Shown here one piece after another: positions 35,942 to 48,778 of a stretch of DNA of 64,000 nucleotides; position 1 is the stretch's first letter, and the number at the start of each line of letters is the position of its first letter. The notes under the pieces were generated by a model, which had not been told where the DNA came from, made no database searches, and saw nothing but the letters and a program-made list of their open reading frames with translations. A program made the position numbers and the translations under genes. The DNA is from Chrysemys picta bellii (lineage: Eukaryota), in contig NC_088792.1 in the NCBI RefSeq assembly GCF_011386835.1, positions 289,540,001-289,604,000 of the forward strand, written 5' to 3'.

Positions 35942-37310
35942 CTACGGGAGAGGGATGGTATTTAAATGTCAGCACATAATCTCACAAGTGTTGGTGCAGC
36001 CTTGTCCATGTGCTACTCAACCAATGGCCAGAATGGTAATCTGTCAGGAGGCCTGGTGCCACACAATGCCTACTAAAATGGAAACTGCAATCTAATAGAG
36101 GTGTGGCCTACAGAGACAGCAGGTCCCAACCAGAGACGACCCAGGCCTGTTGATAGTGGAGGGGGTCAGAATCCTGGAACAGCTCAAGTCATGTCCCCCA
36201 CCCCAGCAGTGCCTCCCTCCCAGGAAGCAGTGCCCCTCCCTGCAGATCCCAGCTGTTCCTCCTGCCTCTCCCTGCCTGCTCAGCTGTCCTGCAGGGAGAA
36301 GGCCCGACCATACCATGCGATCAAGCAATCTGGAGGGGGCACATGACCCTACATGTCCCCCCCCCCACACACGTATTGCCTCTGGTCCCAACATATGCTG
36401 CTTCATTTTGATCCAAGTGGCCATACTAAATTGCATGTTGGGATGGCACTGAAGGCACTAGACTGCCTTATTATTCATGAAGCCCCAAGCTGTCATGAGG
36501 AGAGAAGTTCTCCCTCTCGGGAACAAGGGAAGCAAAGCTTGCATGAGAAACAGGGCTGTACACTGAAGAGAAGGTGGGACTCAATCTTCATTGTAGAACT
36601 CGGATGTATTTAGCTTGTAGACCACACAGACTGAACTACACAGCCAGGGGGAGCTTTGTGGTCATGAGCCTGAGCACATCCCTAGTGCTTTTACAGCAAA
36701 CCATAGCTGCATGTATACAGACGACATAACTGTCACTGTGGATTAAACTCCACATGTTCAGCACCAAACATACAAACCTCTGCTACCTGCATTACTGACC
36801 CTCTTTAGCTGTGATGACGCAGCACATTGCATACTCTGCAGCGAGTCAGTAGGGGGAGTCATGAGCACAGAAAAAAAAGCCAGGGTTTTACATGTTGATC
36901 CCTCAAGTTCTTTTCACCAGGGAATGTGAGCAGCTCCAGACCTGACAGCAACATCAGCAGAATATGGTAGTGGAACGGTTGCTAGGCTGTCTGCTGGCAC
37001 CCGTAACACATTCCAAACCCCATACGGTCTCCACAATCCCTAGACTTCCAATTTCAAAACCGTGGGCATTTGACCTACCACTCTTCTGCCTTCATCATCA
37101 CATGCTTCCAATTTTAAATTAGCCCAGACCTATGCAATCATAAACACAACAGCAAAGTATTACTTCATTCATGCACCATAGGAAGGAATCACTGCAGAGT
37201 CTCTGAAGTCCCTTATAAAGTTCCCAGAGACTCATTTTGGTGTGGCCCCTAACATCCAGAGCATACAATTTGCTGCTTCATCACAGCTAAAGAGGGTTAG
37301 TAATGCAGGT

Positions 37311-37919
37311 GGCAAACAGAGGCAAGGGATACCATCCCTGCCCATCCTAGGTAATAGCCATTGATGGACCTATCCTCCATGAATGTATCTAGTTCTTTTT
37401 TGAACCCTCTTATAGTCTTGGCCTTCACAACATCCTCTGGCAAGGAGTTCCACGGGTTGACTGTATGTTGTGCGAAGAAATATTTCCTTTTGTTTGTTTT
37501 AAACCTGCTGCCTATTAATTTCATTTGGTGACCTTTAGTTCTTGTGTTATGAGTAAACAAGACTTCCTTATTTACTTTCTCCACACCAGTCATGATTTTA
37601 TAGACCTCTATCTTATATGCCCTTAGTTGTCTCTGTTCCAAGCTGAAAAATCCCAGTCTTATTAATCTCTCCTCAGACGGAAGCTGTTCCAGACCCCTAA
37701 TCATTTTTGTTGCCCTTTTCTGAACCTTTTCTAATTCCAATATATCTTTTTTGAGATAGGACGACCACGTGTGCACACAGTATTCAAGATGTGGGCGTAC
37801 CATAAATTTATAGAGAGGCAATATGATATTTTCTGTCTTATTATCAATTCCTTTCTTAATGATTCCCAACACTGTTTGCTTTTTTTGACTGCCGCTGCAC
37901 ACTGAGTGGATGTTTTCAG
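37311..37919 (-). mobile_element. CR1 LINE 3' fragment
   Basis: ORF 37297-37944 carries CR1 ORF2 C-terminal peptides. Confidence 0.92.
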
Positions 37920-38352
37920 TGTCAGATGGAGGCATGCACCACACCTGGGTGCTACTACATTGCTGTGACAGAGTCCAGCTCTAGCTCTGTGCAGTTCTGC
38001 AGCACTGCTGTGGAATTTCATTCTCCGCTCCTTCTCTCCCTTTTGAAGATGCTAAGTGATCTACAAATACACAACATTATTATTTGGCTGCTCAAGAATA
38101 AGAATTTAAAGTGATCTCTTTGCACTAGGGCCTTTGAAATTTAAGAAATAAAAGTGGGAAAAGTGGATTCAACAGGAGGAGGAGTGTAGTGACTCTACCA
38201 CCATACAGATTTTCATACTACCAGCTTGGGAACCATTCTTTCCAGTACTAACTGGCAGAATTCACCATTGCACAGATGGTTAGTATCACTGCTACAATTT
38301 GGCTCTCAATGTACAGGAAGCCAGACTTAGCCCAGCTGTAGGATTTTCCTAC

Positions 38353-38461
38353 CTGCATATATTGGTTTCATGCTAGCCTGTATTTCTGGTGTCAGGACAC
38401 GGGATATACCACGCTGCCTTTTATTGATGTACTCGGTCTGATCCAGGAGAAAGTTACACAA
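38353..38461 (-). CDS. NUGGC-like: NUGGC-like exon 12 (LCNFLLDQTEYINKRQRGISRVLTPEIQASMKPIYA)
   Basis: cctccacttcccAG acceptor, GTagga donor; 109 nt, phase 0 to 1. Confidence 0.92.
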
Positions 38462-38702
38462 CTGGGAAGTGGAGGAAGGAAAAATCAGTATGGTATGCTA
38501 CAAAAAGTTCTCATTTCAAATAAAGTGGCTCCTTACCAAAACTTGCCCATTACTCAAGACAGTTACATTACTTGAGCATTTGCAGATTCCCTATAGTACA
38601 GGCCAAACTGCAAATCGTGAGGCATCCTCACCATATTTACCCAACACAAAACAGACAAGTTCTGAAGGGTATCCACCGCACGGACCCCCTTGCCAATCTT
38701 AC

Positions 38703-38862
38703 CAAAGCCTGGACAGCTTCCATTTGATGCCTCTGAATGACGTTTACTGGCTCTGTGTTTCTGCCTTTTTCCTGGAGCTTGTTCTTGAGATCTCTGAAGA
38801 AGTACTTCAATTTATCTAAGATGGCTTTGCTGAACTGTTCGATGGACTCGCCCAATCTACAA
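38703..38862 (-). CDS. NUGGC-like: NUGGC-like exon 11 (CRLGESIEQFSKAILDKLKYFF...QMEAVQAL)
   Basis: catttctccccttccAG acceptor, GTaaga donor; 160 nt, phase 2 to 0. Confidence 0.92.
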
Positions 38863-40028
38863 CTGGAAGGGGAGAAATGCATTCAAGGATTAATCCAGGT
38901 ACCTAAGGGCATGAGTAACATGCTGCAATGCCAAAAGGGGCATTGGGGGCTTGCTCACCATGCACTTATACTGCTATTGAAGGAGATACAATGGTGGGTC
39001 AGACTGATGACCAAATGACGAAGTTATGTCCAGAGAAATGAGTTCTATGAAACATCTGCATTTTTTTCCACAGGGTCTAAAGTCCCACTACAAATGTGAG
39101 GTGTCCTTTTTGGGGAACCCCTGCTGCATCGCATCAGTCTGCTTCTGTCCTGGGCTTTCCTAGTTCTCTAACAGCTTCCATCAGAGGATCTCAAAGCACT
39201 TTACACTTGTTAATAAAGCTGTGTATTAGTACCGATAAAAGATGGACCACTGATCTGATCCAGTATGGCCATTTATATTATGGATCTACTGTTAAAAAGT
39301 TTGGATCACATAGGCTACAAGTCATTGATTTCTTAATTTATAGGAAGAGATTTTAAATAAGTACTATTACTCCATATTAATATTATTCTCCAAACGATTA
39401 GTACATTTTATGTTCACTTAATAAGAGTTTCAGAATTTAACACCTTCATCCTTGTTAAGACTTGCATTACAATACAAGTTATAACTAGTATGTAGATACA
39501 GTGTACAAAGTCTGTATTTTTAAAATAGTAATTGAATAGGTTTCTGCAAGAAGTGATGGGAGAATATGGCCCCAATTCTGCAACTGCACTTAAGAAAACT
39601 GGGCTCTGCACCAGCACTCTGGCATTTGGTTGCAAGACTGGGGACTGTGGGATATAATTTAATACAAAACTACAAAAAAGTACGTAACTAATCCTTTCCC
39701 ATTCAGGAAGCAATGTAAATTAGACACTAAATCAGCCATGGGGTGATCTCCACCTTTTGGGAGACAGGCAGTGAATTGGAAGGCTCAGCCCCTCAGGGGA
39801 CGAAATCATGAAGTTTTGCCATTCCCTGTATCAAATGCTGAGATATCATTTCACCCATGGAATAAAGTGGCCTGAGGACATTAGAGAACAGAGGCCATGC
39901 ATTTTGCACCAGCTCATCTCACAGTTTTTGGCAGACAGCACAAAATTGTGTTTGTTTTTATACCAGGGAGGTTTGCAAGCGTCTTGTGTTAGTAAGAATG
40001 CCCTAATGTGCAGTGAAGAGGAGGGTAC

Positions 40029-40177
40029 CTGAAGACTTCATTCCAGGTCACGGAGACTGCACTGGATATTGGCTCTGTGAGTTGCTCATTGAAATCAACA
40101 AACCCACATGCTACCGAGCTGTAGACACCTTGACGAGCACACAGAGCTCGGTACGTAGCATAGGGGTATCCAATAAC
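40029..40177 (-). CDS. NUGGC-like: NUGGC-like exon 10 (VIGYPYATYRALCARQGVYSSVACGFVDFNEQLTEPISSAVSVTWNEVF)
   Basis: tccttgctttccacttcacAG acceptor, GTaccc donor; 149 nt, phase 0 to 2. Family motif T(Y/L)(K/R)AxCx(R/K)xG(V/I)(Y/F)...D(F/L)NExL. Confidence 0.95.
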
Positions 40178-40970
40178 CTGTGAAGTGGAAAGCAAGGAGA
40201 GAGAGGGTCTGTCCCAGTATTTCAATGTACACAGGAGACAGCAGTTCAACTCTACGACACAAATATGTTCTTTGGTTGCTCATAGGTGAGAAATGCACCT
40301 TTGGGATAACCATATCATAACTGTGCAAGGCACTGACCATGTAGGATTTAGCTTCTGAGTGCTGTAAAGTAATACAAATAAAAAGAGCAACTCAAAAGGT
40401 ATATACTATGACAATTCCTTGCCCACTTACGGACTACTAGATGCTGTTCCCCAAAGAAATAAGCAGGCTAAGTGCCAATACAGAATAGTTTACAGGGAGA
40501 TGGTGTGAGATACACTAGAACAGTGAGCAGACTAACAGGTAGGAGTGCAGCACCCATACCATTTTATATTATTTGTATTCAGGTAGTGGTTAAGGGCTCC
40601 AATCACAGCTTCATTGTGGCAGGCACGGTACAAAAGCACTTAATACAAAATTCAGCAATCTAGATTACAAGTGAAACTAACAAATGTCTGTGTAGATTTA
40701 CTAGTGTTCGTGCAACGTTTTTAAAATGCAAGATGCTATTTAACTGGGAGAGATGAAGAAAACAGTGGCAGTAAATGAAACACATCTTAGCACAATTAGT
40801 CATTAACTGAGCTACAGCAGCTAACAATCTTTATTACCCACAAAACCTTACATGACTAAAGTCTACACCATCTACATAGAGAAATATACATTTTTGCTAA
40901 CAGCCCTTGGAATTTTTTTCATTTCAGTGGAATGAGAGTGCCAGCGCGGCCCTTTCCTTCCACAGGTATT

Positions 40971-41410
40971 TACTAAGAATGGCCACACTGGGTCAGAACA
41001 AAGGTCCATCTAGCCCAGTATCCACAGTGGTCAATGCCAGGTGCCCCAGAGGGAATGAACAGAACAGGGAATCATCAAGTGATCCATCCCCTATCGCCAA
41101 TTCCCAACTTCTGGCCAACAGACTAGGGACACCATTCCTGCCCATCCTGGCTAAAGCCAATGATGAACCGATCCTTCATGAATTTATCTAGTCCTTTTTT
41201 GAACCCTGTTATAGTCTTGGCCTTCACAACATCCTCTGGCAAAGAGTTCCACAGGTTGACTGCATTGTGTGAAGAAATACTTCCTATGTTTGTTTTAAAC
41301 CTGCTGCTTATTAAAAACTGCTCTATGACCTTTTTTATTTTAAGTGCCGGCAACCTGGTTCCATTTTGGTTTAGGTGGAGCCCATCCACTCCGATGCGTA
41401 GATTTTTTCC
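40971..41410 (-). mobile_element. Internally deleted CR1 (ORF1 end fused to ORF2 end/3' UTR)
   Basis: ORF 41123-41389: DGLHLNQNGTRLPALKIKKVIEQFL (ORF1 esterase-like end) runs directly into SSRFKTN...[13 protein letters not shown] (ORF2 end). Confidence 0.8.
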
Positions 41411-41685
41411 TTAAACTACCACCACCAACACCCCACCCCAGTTACATAGCATTTTTAGAGTGATGCCAAAAAACACTAGATAGTCCTCATCACAGCCCTC
41501 CAACATAGATCCACATTAGCGTAATTTTATATGCGGCTTTGTACAGAACACAGTACATGGAGAGCACAGGGGTACTATAATGTAAGTGCAGTGAAAGGCA
41601 GCACCACGCTTGGCAGGCAGGTTGGCAAGGGGGTTGGCAGTGACAGCATAGGAGAGGGTTTGGCAAACAGAACCACGTATCTTAC

Positions 41686-41886
41686 AGGTAAACCCCAACT
41701 TCTGACTTTGTCTTCGCACAGCTCCTCTGCCCTTCTGGCTCCTTTCTTTAGATTGGCGAGAATGAGGACAGAAAAATAGTACTGGATATCATGGAGGCTG
41801 TCTTCCACTGCCTCCTGAAGGAGCATGGGTAGTCTCGACAGGCACTCCTGCACGATTTCTTGGACCTGGGCCCAGTGAGAATTGTC
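41686..41886 (-). CDS. NUGGC-like: NUGGC-like exon 9 (DNSHWAQVQEIVQECLSRLP...EDKVRSWGLP)
   Basis: cttctctgtttgcctttcAG acceptor, GTaaga donor; 201 nt, phase 0/0. Confidence 0.92.
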
Positions 41887-42177
41887 CTGAAAGGCAAACA
41901 GAGAAGATCCTAACAGGGCAACGTAAAAAGCTCTCAGTGCAGCAGGTACATGAGGCCATCTACATCCCTGCTGAACTCTGCCAGGTGCTTCAAAAGCATC
42001 CAGAGACCTGCACACAATGCAAGCAATCAACGTGGGCCTCCTGCTACATTGCTTCAGGTCACTGGATGTTGGCTAAGTCGCACCTAGAAGAATTAAAGAA
42101 CATGACTTAGAGCTAACTTTGTACAGAACCCACAGCTCTGCTGGCCTACTAGATCTACATCCAGAGACACAAGTTGG

Positions 42178-42375
42178 ATGCAGTAAACTCTTTCACTGGA
42201 CCAACTTTTGTTGGTGAGCAAGACAAACTTCTTAACTACACAGAGCTCTTCTTCAGGTATCCATGTAAGCTCAAAACCTTGTCTCTCTCACTAACAGAAG
42301 CTGGTCCAATAAAAGATATTACCGCGCCCACCTTGTCTCTAATATCCTGGGACCGACGCAGCTAAAACACTGCAT
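42178..42375. mobile_element. Short interspersed repeat, Penelope-end-like
   Basis: ggaccaacttttgttggtgag...gctggtccaataaaagatattacc...cctgggaccgac recognised as a recurring reptile repeat. Confidence 0.55.
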
Positions 42376-42875
42376 ACAAACCTACATCCAGTAAGTCTCC
42401 ACATCTCTCCAGTGGAAGATCCAGGGACCATAAAAACATGCACACATCAGATATGTGGGCACCCTGCATTACATTCAAAGGCAGCACAACACAGGGCAGC
42501 AGCAGCAAGATGCCATAAGCCAAAGAGGTACAGCTACTTAGCCACCCACATCTTAACAAAGAGGTGCAGCCTACAGAAACCATAGGTCTCAGCCAGAAGT
42601 GATTCATACTGAGCCAAGCATTCAGGCCACACCTCATATGCTAGGACCTGCAGTCTTCTGGCCATAACTCCATAGTAAGAACAATAAAGTGGCCACAGGC
42701 TGCACTTGAGAATTTTTGGAGCTGGATATGGCTCAGAGAATGCACTCTGGCATCCCCTGGTTTAGTGACACGATTAAATACCTTTGCTTTCTTCACACGG
42801 CTACAAAGTGGCCCTATGGGACCCATCTAACAAGTACGCTTCACAGGCCAGTACTGGACCGAGAACAATGGCGTA

Positions 42876-43170
42876 CAGCAGTACCTCAGAGTTACCAAGT
42901 GACCAGTCAACACCTCATTCGGAATCGGAAGTACACAACCGGGCAACAGCAGAGGACCCCCCACCCTCCCTCCAAAAAAACAAGTACAGTACTGTGTTAA
43001 ATTACTAAAAAAAAATAAAGGGAAAGCAGCATTTTTCTTCTGCATGGTAAAGTTTCGAAGCGGTATTAAGTCAATGTTCGGTTGTATACTGTTTTGTTCA
43101 GAGTTACCAACATTTCAGCGTTACAAACAACCTCAATTCCCAAGGTGTTCATAATTCTGAGGTTCTACTG
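42876..43170. mobile_element. Tigger-like MITE
   Basis: cagcagtacctcagagtta / taattctgaggttctactg termini; TA TSD. Confidence 0.85.
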
Positions 43171-43583
43171 TAGTTACAATTTTTTCCTCACGTATGAGTT
43201 TGTCTTTGGTTCAAACTAATGACTGCCCATTGTCTGCCATCATTGTTGTCACAGAGGAGTTCCATTCGGATTAGGTACTAGAAGTCAGTCAACGTGAAAT
43301 GCATTAAACAAGTTAAAATTAATCTTTGTATTTTAAAGAGAGAAACCCAGGACTTGTGCTGCAAAGAGAGAGAAGTAGAAGTAAGAAGACAGTCTCTTCG
43401 GTTCCCTAAATATGTATATTATTAAGCAGGAGTCTAGTAGGCCATACTGTTCATTTTGCTGGCTGCCGTTCCAGCATTTCTTCTCCATCTTGAGTAGGAC
43501 ACAGGACAATAGCACTAACAGCCAGCAACGTGTATCATGCAATAAACCTAGAGTCCATACAAGTCACTGCAATAGGTCTATTC

Positions 43584-44046
43584 CAGCCGTTCTCAAACTG
43601 TGGGTTGGGACGCCAAACTGGGTCGCGACCCCATTTTAATGAAGTCACCAGGGATGGCGTTAGACTTCTTGGGCCCAGAGCTGAAGCTGGAGCCCCAGGG
43701 CTTCAGCCCTGGTTGGCAAGGCTCAGGTAACGCCCCCCCCCCGCCTGGGGCTGAAGCCCTTAGGTTTCGGCTTTGGTCCCCCGGCCCAGGGTGATGGGGC
43801 TCAGGCTTTGGTTTTGGCCCCAGGCAGTGAGGCTCAGGCTCCAGCTAGTCTAACGCCATCCCTGGTGACTCCATTAAAACGGGGTCCCGACCCAGTTTGG
43901 GGTCCCGACCCACAGTTTGAGAACCGCTGGAATAGACATATTGCCTGGGATTGTGGGGCTCAGGCTTCGGTGCCCCCTCCTGGGGTTGTGTAGTAATTTT
44001 TGTTGTCAGAAGGGGGTCACGGTGTACTGAAGTTTGAGAACCCCTG
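43584..44046. mobile_element. Composite hAT-type MITE insertion
   Basis: Complete element 43584-43929 plus a partial second element 43938-44046; the whole is flanked by direct GTCTATTC. Confidence 0.82.
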
Positions 44047-44152
44047 GTCTATTCCATATTATGCATTTGCAAATATCTATCAGTTTTGAGGGAACTTTTA
44101 ATAGTTGCTCAACCTAAATAAAAGTAAGTTAAAAATGTTAGTGTATGCTTAC

Positions 44153-44286
44153 CTCTGCTCTCTGATTGGTCAGATAATTGACCACTTGACTTATGACACG
44201 AGCCACATTTCTGATCACCTTCTCTGTTGCCACTATGCTATGCTGCAAGGCAGTGTGAATGGCAAACTTCTTCAGAGCTGGTATTT
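44153..44286 (-). CDS. NUGGC-like: NUGGC-like exon 8 ((E)IPALKKFAIHTALQHSIVATEKVIRNVARVISQVVNYLTNQRAE)
   Basis: cttgtctctttgtccAG acceptor, GTaagc donor; 134 nt, phase 1 to 0. Completes the family TEIPxL motif. Confidence 0.94.
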
Positions 44287-44714
44287 CTGGACAAAGAGAC
44301 AAGAGAACATGACCATTCCCCTGCATGGACCCTCTTCCTCAGAAATTATTTATGTTACATTAGCACTCAGAGGCCTCAATCATAATCAGGACCCCACTGT
44401 GCCAGGCTCTGTACAAACACCTAGTTATCAGACAAAATATGAAAAGGAAGACTTGGGGAAGAGGACTAGGAAAACAGTGATGGGAAACATTTTGTTGCAA
44501 AAACTATCATAACTGGATGTAGAGATATTTTTAAAGAAGAAGATATAAAACAAAAGCGATAGCTGCAATGTCTATTGGCCATGTACCAGGGAGAACAAAC
44601 TGAACCTGACCTCAAAGTTACAGGGGGCGGATCATTGTATTAGTGAGCAATCAAGACAACAGACCACTAACTCAGCAGCATGATACTTGAGCTCAAGTTA
44701 GCAGGTGTTAATAC

Positions 44715-44937
44715 CTGTATCCTCCTCATTGTGGAAGACTTGTGGCTGCCCATCTCGGAGCAGTTTTCCATGCAATTTTAGATATTCTGTAGAGCTGACT
44801 GTGAAAACCTGAAGTTTCCCATGCTGGGATTCAACTTCACCAGGGTCACTTGTGTCTGAAGTAGTTAACTCTTCATCCTCAGTCTCCTCTTCTTCCTCAT
44901 CTTCATCTTCAGCAAATGCTGCTTTCCTTCTCATTTC
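44715..44937 (-). CDS. NUGGC-like: NUGGC-like exon 7 (EMRRKAAFAEDEDEEEEE...LQVFTVSSTEYLKL...EEDT)
   Basis: ttctttgttgcAG acceptor, GTatta donor; 223 nt, phase 0 to 1. VFTVSSxEY corresponds to NUGGC VYTVSAQEY (G5 region). Confidence 0.95.
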
Positions 44938-45464
44938 CTGCAACAAAGAACAGCCTCCATTGCACCCCTACTCAAAGTAGACCGGTTGATCAGCTGCAGA
45001 GGCTTTAGCTAACATCTAGTTTAGACACTAGAATGAGCATTTCTTGTCTGTCTAAGAGATATGTGCTAGTTCAACCACAAGCTGCATTTGGTGCCGTTCT
45101 CTGGCCTGTGTTATTCATAAAGTCATAATGGCAATTTATGGATGAACGTACGACTCGTCTCCTGAAATTAGCCAAACAAAAACACCGAGTTGCCCTCTAC
45201 TAGATAATGTGCTTCTCATTAAAAAGGTGCCTTAACCATTCATTAGTAGTACATATAGAAACATCAGCAATTCAGATTAAAGGAGTGGTAGCACCAAAAA
45301 CGTATGGATTCCCTTTAACTTTTCTGTGAAGGTTGACATTTCAGATTTCAGTTCTGGTTCACTGCATCCACTCACAACCTAATAGCAGTGAAATCCAGAT
45401 GGTGGCTCGGAAGTGCTGTCCCTCCTTCTGCAGAGACAGAGGTGGTGTTCCCAAGGATTCCTAC

Positions 45465-45584
45465 CTGAAGGCCGTTGTTGAAATCCACCCAAATCCGCTG
45501 TTTGGAAAACCTATTTCGGGACTGAACGCAGATCAGACTAATATCACGAAGCTTCATATCTTTCTCTCTTTGCAAATTACTCAT
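45465..45584 (-). CDS. NUGGC-like: NUGGC-like exon 6 (MSNLQREKDMKLRDISLICVQSRNRFSKQRIWVDFNNGLQ)
   Basis: ctAG acceptor, GTagga donor; 120 nt, phase 0/0. Confidence 0.92.
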
Positions 45585-46744
45585 CTAGGTAAAGGAGAAA
45601 GGGGAGAAATGAGATTATACCCAGAACAGGCGATATCATTTAAAAAAAACCAAAGTTCCAACTGCACCCAAAAGCTGACGCTGCATGTGACCTTCACATT
45701 GTTGTTTTAGTGGAATGTCAATGCTGTTCGGGGTCAGGAATGACAAGGTTGCCAAAGGAAGTAACTTAAAGGAATAGGAGGTTACTTACTGATAACTGAA
45801 GGTTCTTCAAGATGTGTGGTCCCTATCTATATTCTACTGTGGGTTACACATGTGCACTATGTGCCTGGAACTGGAGAATTTGAAAGTAGCGTCCACTGGT
45901 CCATGCATGCCCCCTGGATCACCTTGTCTCTCCACTCAAGAGGATAAAGGACAATGTGGCCCGCCTGCCTCTCCAGTTCCTTCTCCACCGTGAATCGGAG
46001 GAGATCCAAAGCAGAGAGGAAGGTGAGCAGATAGTTGAATAGGGACTACACATCTCAAAGAACCTCTAGTTACAGGTAAGTAACCTCCTCTTAGCGTGAT
46101 GGTCCCTATTGTATTCCACTGTGAGTAATTAACAAGCAGTACTTAAGTAGGAGGAGGGTGCGAAGATGTTGATGATAGGGCTGAGCAAAGGACTGCTGTT
46201 CCAAAGGAGTCCTGGACTAGGGCAGTGTGTCTCGTAAAAGTGTGAACAGAGTCCCACGTGGCTGGATTATAGAGACCAAGGAGGATTACATCCTAAAGAG
46301 ATGCCATAGTTGCGGCTTGTGCTCTCGTGGAATGAGCTCTTCCCCCATGTGGGAGAGAGGCTCAATATTTGGTAACAGTAGAACGCAGCCCGAGATCGAT
46401 TTGGAGATCCTGTGAGTTGAGATCACTTGTCCACTGAGTCTTTCTGTTATAGCGACAAATAGTCTTGGGGACTTCCTGATTGGTCTTGTTCTGTGTAGGT
46501 AAAAGGCTAAGGCCTGCCAGACACTGAAGGTGTGGAGTTTCTGTCCCTCTGAGGAAGTCTGCTGTTAGGGAAGAGCACAGGTAAGTGGATTGAATGGTCC
46601 AAGTGAAATTCCAAGACAACCTTGGGAGTGAATTTGGGGTGTAAACATAACACCTTATCTTTATGGAATGCAGTGTAAGGAGGATCCGCCATCATCACTC
46701 CAAAATTCGCCAACCCTTCTGGCTGAGGTGACAATGGTCTCACG

Positions 46745-46980
46745 TTGCAGTGGGGGAGGTCTAGGTTGGATATTAGGAAAAACTATTTCACTAGGAGGGT
46801 GGTGAAGCACTGGAATGGGTTACCTAAGGAGGTGGTGGAATCTCCATCCTTAGAGGTTTTTAAGGTCAGGCTTGACAAAGCCCTGGCTGGGATGATTTAG
46901 TTGGGGATTGGTCCTGCTTTGAGCAGGGGTTGGGACTAGATACCTCCTGAGGTCTCTTCCAAACCTGATAGTCTATGAAT
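46745..46980 (+). mobile_element. CR1 3' end fragment
   Basis: Highly similar by eye to 50640-50870. Confidence 0.9.
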
Positions 46981-47636
46981 GCGACTTTCATGGAGAGAAG
47001 AGACATGGAGCAGGAAGCTAGAGGGTCAAAGCGTGACCTTGTAAATGCTGAGAGAACAAGGTTCAAGTCCCACTCAAGGGTAGGCTTGTGAATAGTCAGA
47101 AAGGTTCCAAATAGGCCTTTCCAAAATCTGGTGGTCAATGGGTGAGCAAAGACCAAGTAACCCTGAAAAGGAGGACACTATGCACTAATCACTGCCAGGT
47201 GGACTCCCAAGAAGCTGATGGATAGGCCTGACATCTTTAGAGAAAAGGTATAGTCTAAAATGAGAGATATCGGAGGTGCCCAAGAAGAAAAATCTCTCCA
47301 TTTAGCCAGGAGAAATCATCTAGTGGAATCCTTCCTACCATTAGAAAGTACGTCTCGTATGGCTGCAGAACATGCATGTTTCAAGAACGACATCCACCCA
47401 AAAACCAAGCCCCAAGATGAAGAAAATACAGGTTGGGGTGCTTGATCTTGCCATCCTGCTGAGTCAGGAGTCTGGGGAATGTTGGGAGGATGATTGGCAT
47501 TCAGAATGACATGTGCAGAAAATTCGGAAACCAAAACCGACTGGACCAGCAGAGAGTGATCAGGATAACCTGTGCCCTGTCCTACTGGATTTTGGAGGGT
47601 GAGAATGGTTTCCAGCGTTTACACTGACCCCCAGGG

Positions 47637-48778
47637 AAGAATCATTGAATCACAGGACGGGAAGGGACCTCGAGAGGTTGTCTAGTCCAGTCCCCTGCAC
47701 TCATGACAGGGGTTTGTCCAACCTGCTCTTAAACATCTCCAAGGATGGAGATTCGACAACCTCCCTAGGCAATTTATTCCAGTGCTTCACCACCCTGACA
47801 GTTAGGAATTTTTTCCTAACGTTCAACCTAAACCTCCTTTGCTTCAATTTAAGCCCATTGCTTCTTGTCCTAACCTCAGAAGTTAACAAGAACAATTTGT
47901 CCCCTCTAAGTCTTCTCTTTTCCAGCCTAAACGAACCCAATTTTTTCAATCTTTCCTCATAGGTCATGTCTTCTAGACCTTTAATCATTTTTGTTGCTCT
48001 TCTCTGGACTCTCTCCAATTTGTCCACATCTTTCCTGAGATGTGGCACCCAGAACTGGACACAATACTCTAGTTGAGGCCTAATCAGCACAGAGTAGAGG
48101 GGAATGGAAGAATTACTTCTCGTGTCTTGCTTACAACACTCCTGCTGATACATCCCAGGATGATGATTGCTTTTTTCGCTACAGTGTTACACTGTTGACT
48201 CATATTTAGCTTGTGATTCACTGTGACCCCCCAGATCACTTTCTTCAGTACTCCTTCCTAGGCAGTCATTTCCCATTTTGTATGCATGCTACTGATTGTT
48301 CCTTCCTAAGTGGAGTACTTTGCATTTGTCCTTATTGAATTTCATCCTATTTACTTCAGACCATTTCTCCAGTTTGTCCAGATCATTTTGAATGTTAATC
48401 CTACCCTCGAAAGCACTTGCAACACTTCCCAGCTTGGTATCGTCCGCAAACTTTATAAGTGTACTCTCTGTGCCATTAGCTAAATCATCAAGGAACATTT
48501 TTTAACAGAACTGGACCCAGAACTCATCCTTATGGGACCCTACCTGATATGCCCTTCCAGCTTGATTGTGAACCACTGATAACTACTCTCTGGGAACAGT
48601 TTTCCAACCAGTTATGCACTCATCTTATAGTAGCTCCATCTAGATTGTATTTCCCTAGTTTGTTTATGAGAAGGTCGTACAAGACAGTATCAAAAGCCTC
48701 ACTAAAGTCAAGATACACCACATCTACCGCTTTCCTCCATCCACAAGGCTTGTTACCCTGTCAAAGAAAGCTATTAGT
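47637..48778 (-). mobile_element. CR1 LINE 3' fragment (second subfamily)
   Basis: [10 protein letters not shown] (48289-48498) and [30 protein letters not shown] (47701-48153). Confidence 0.92.
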
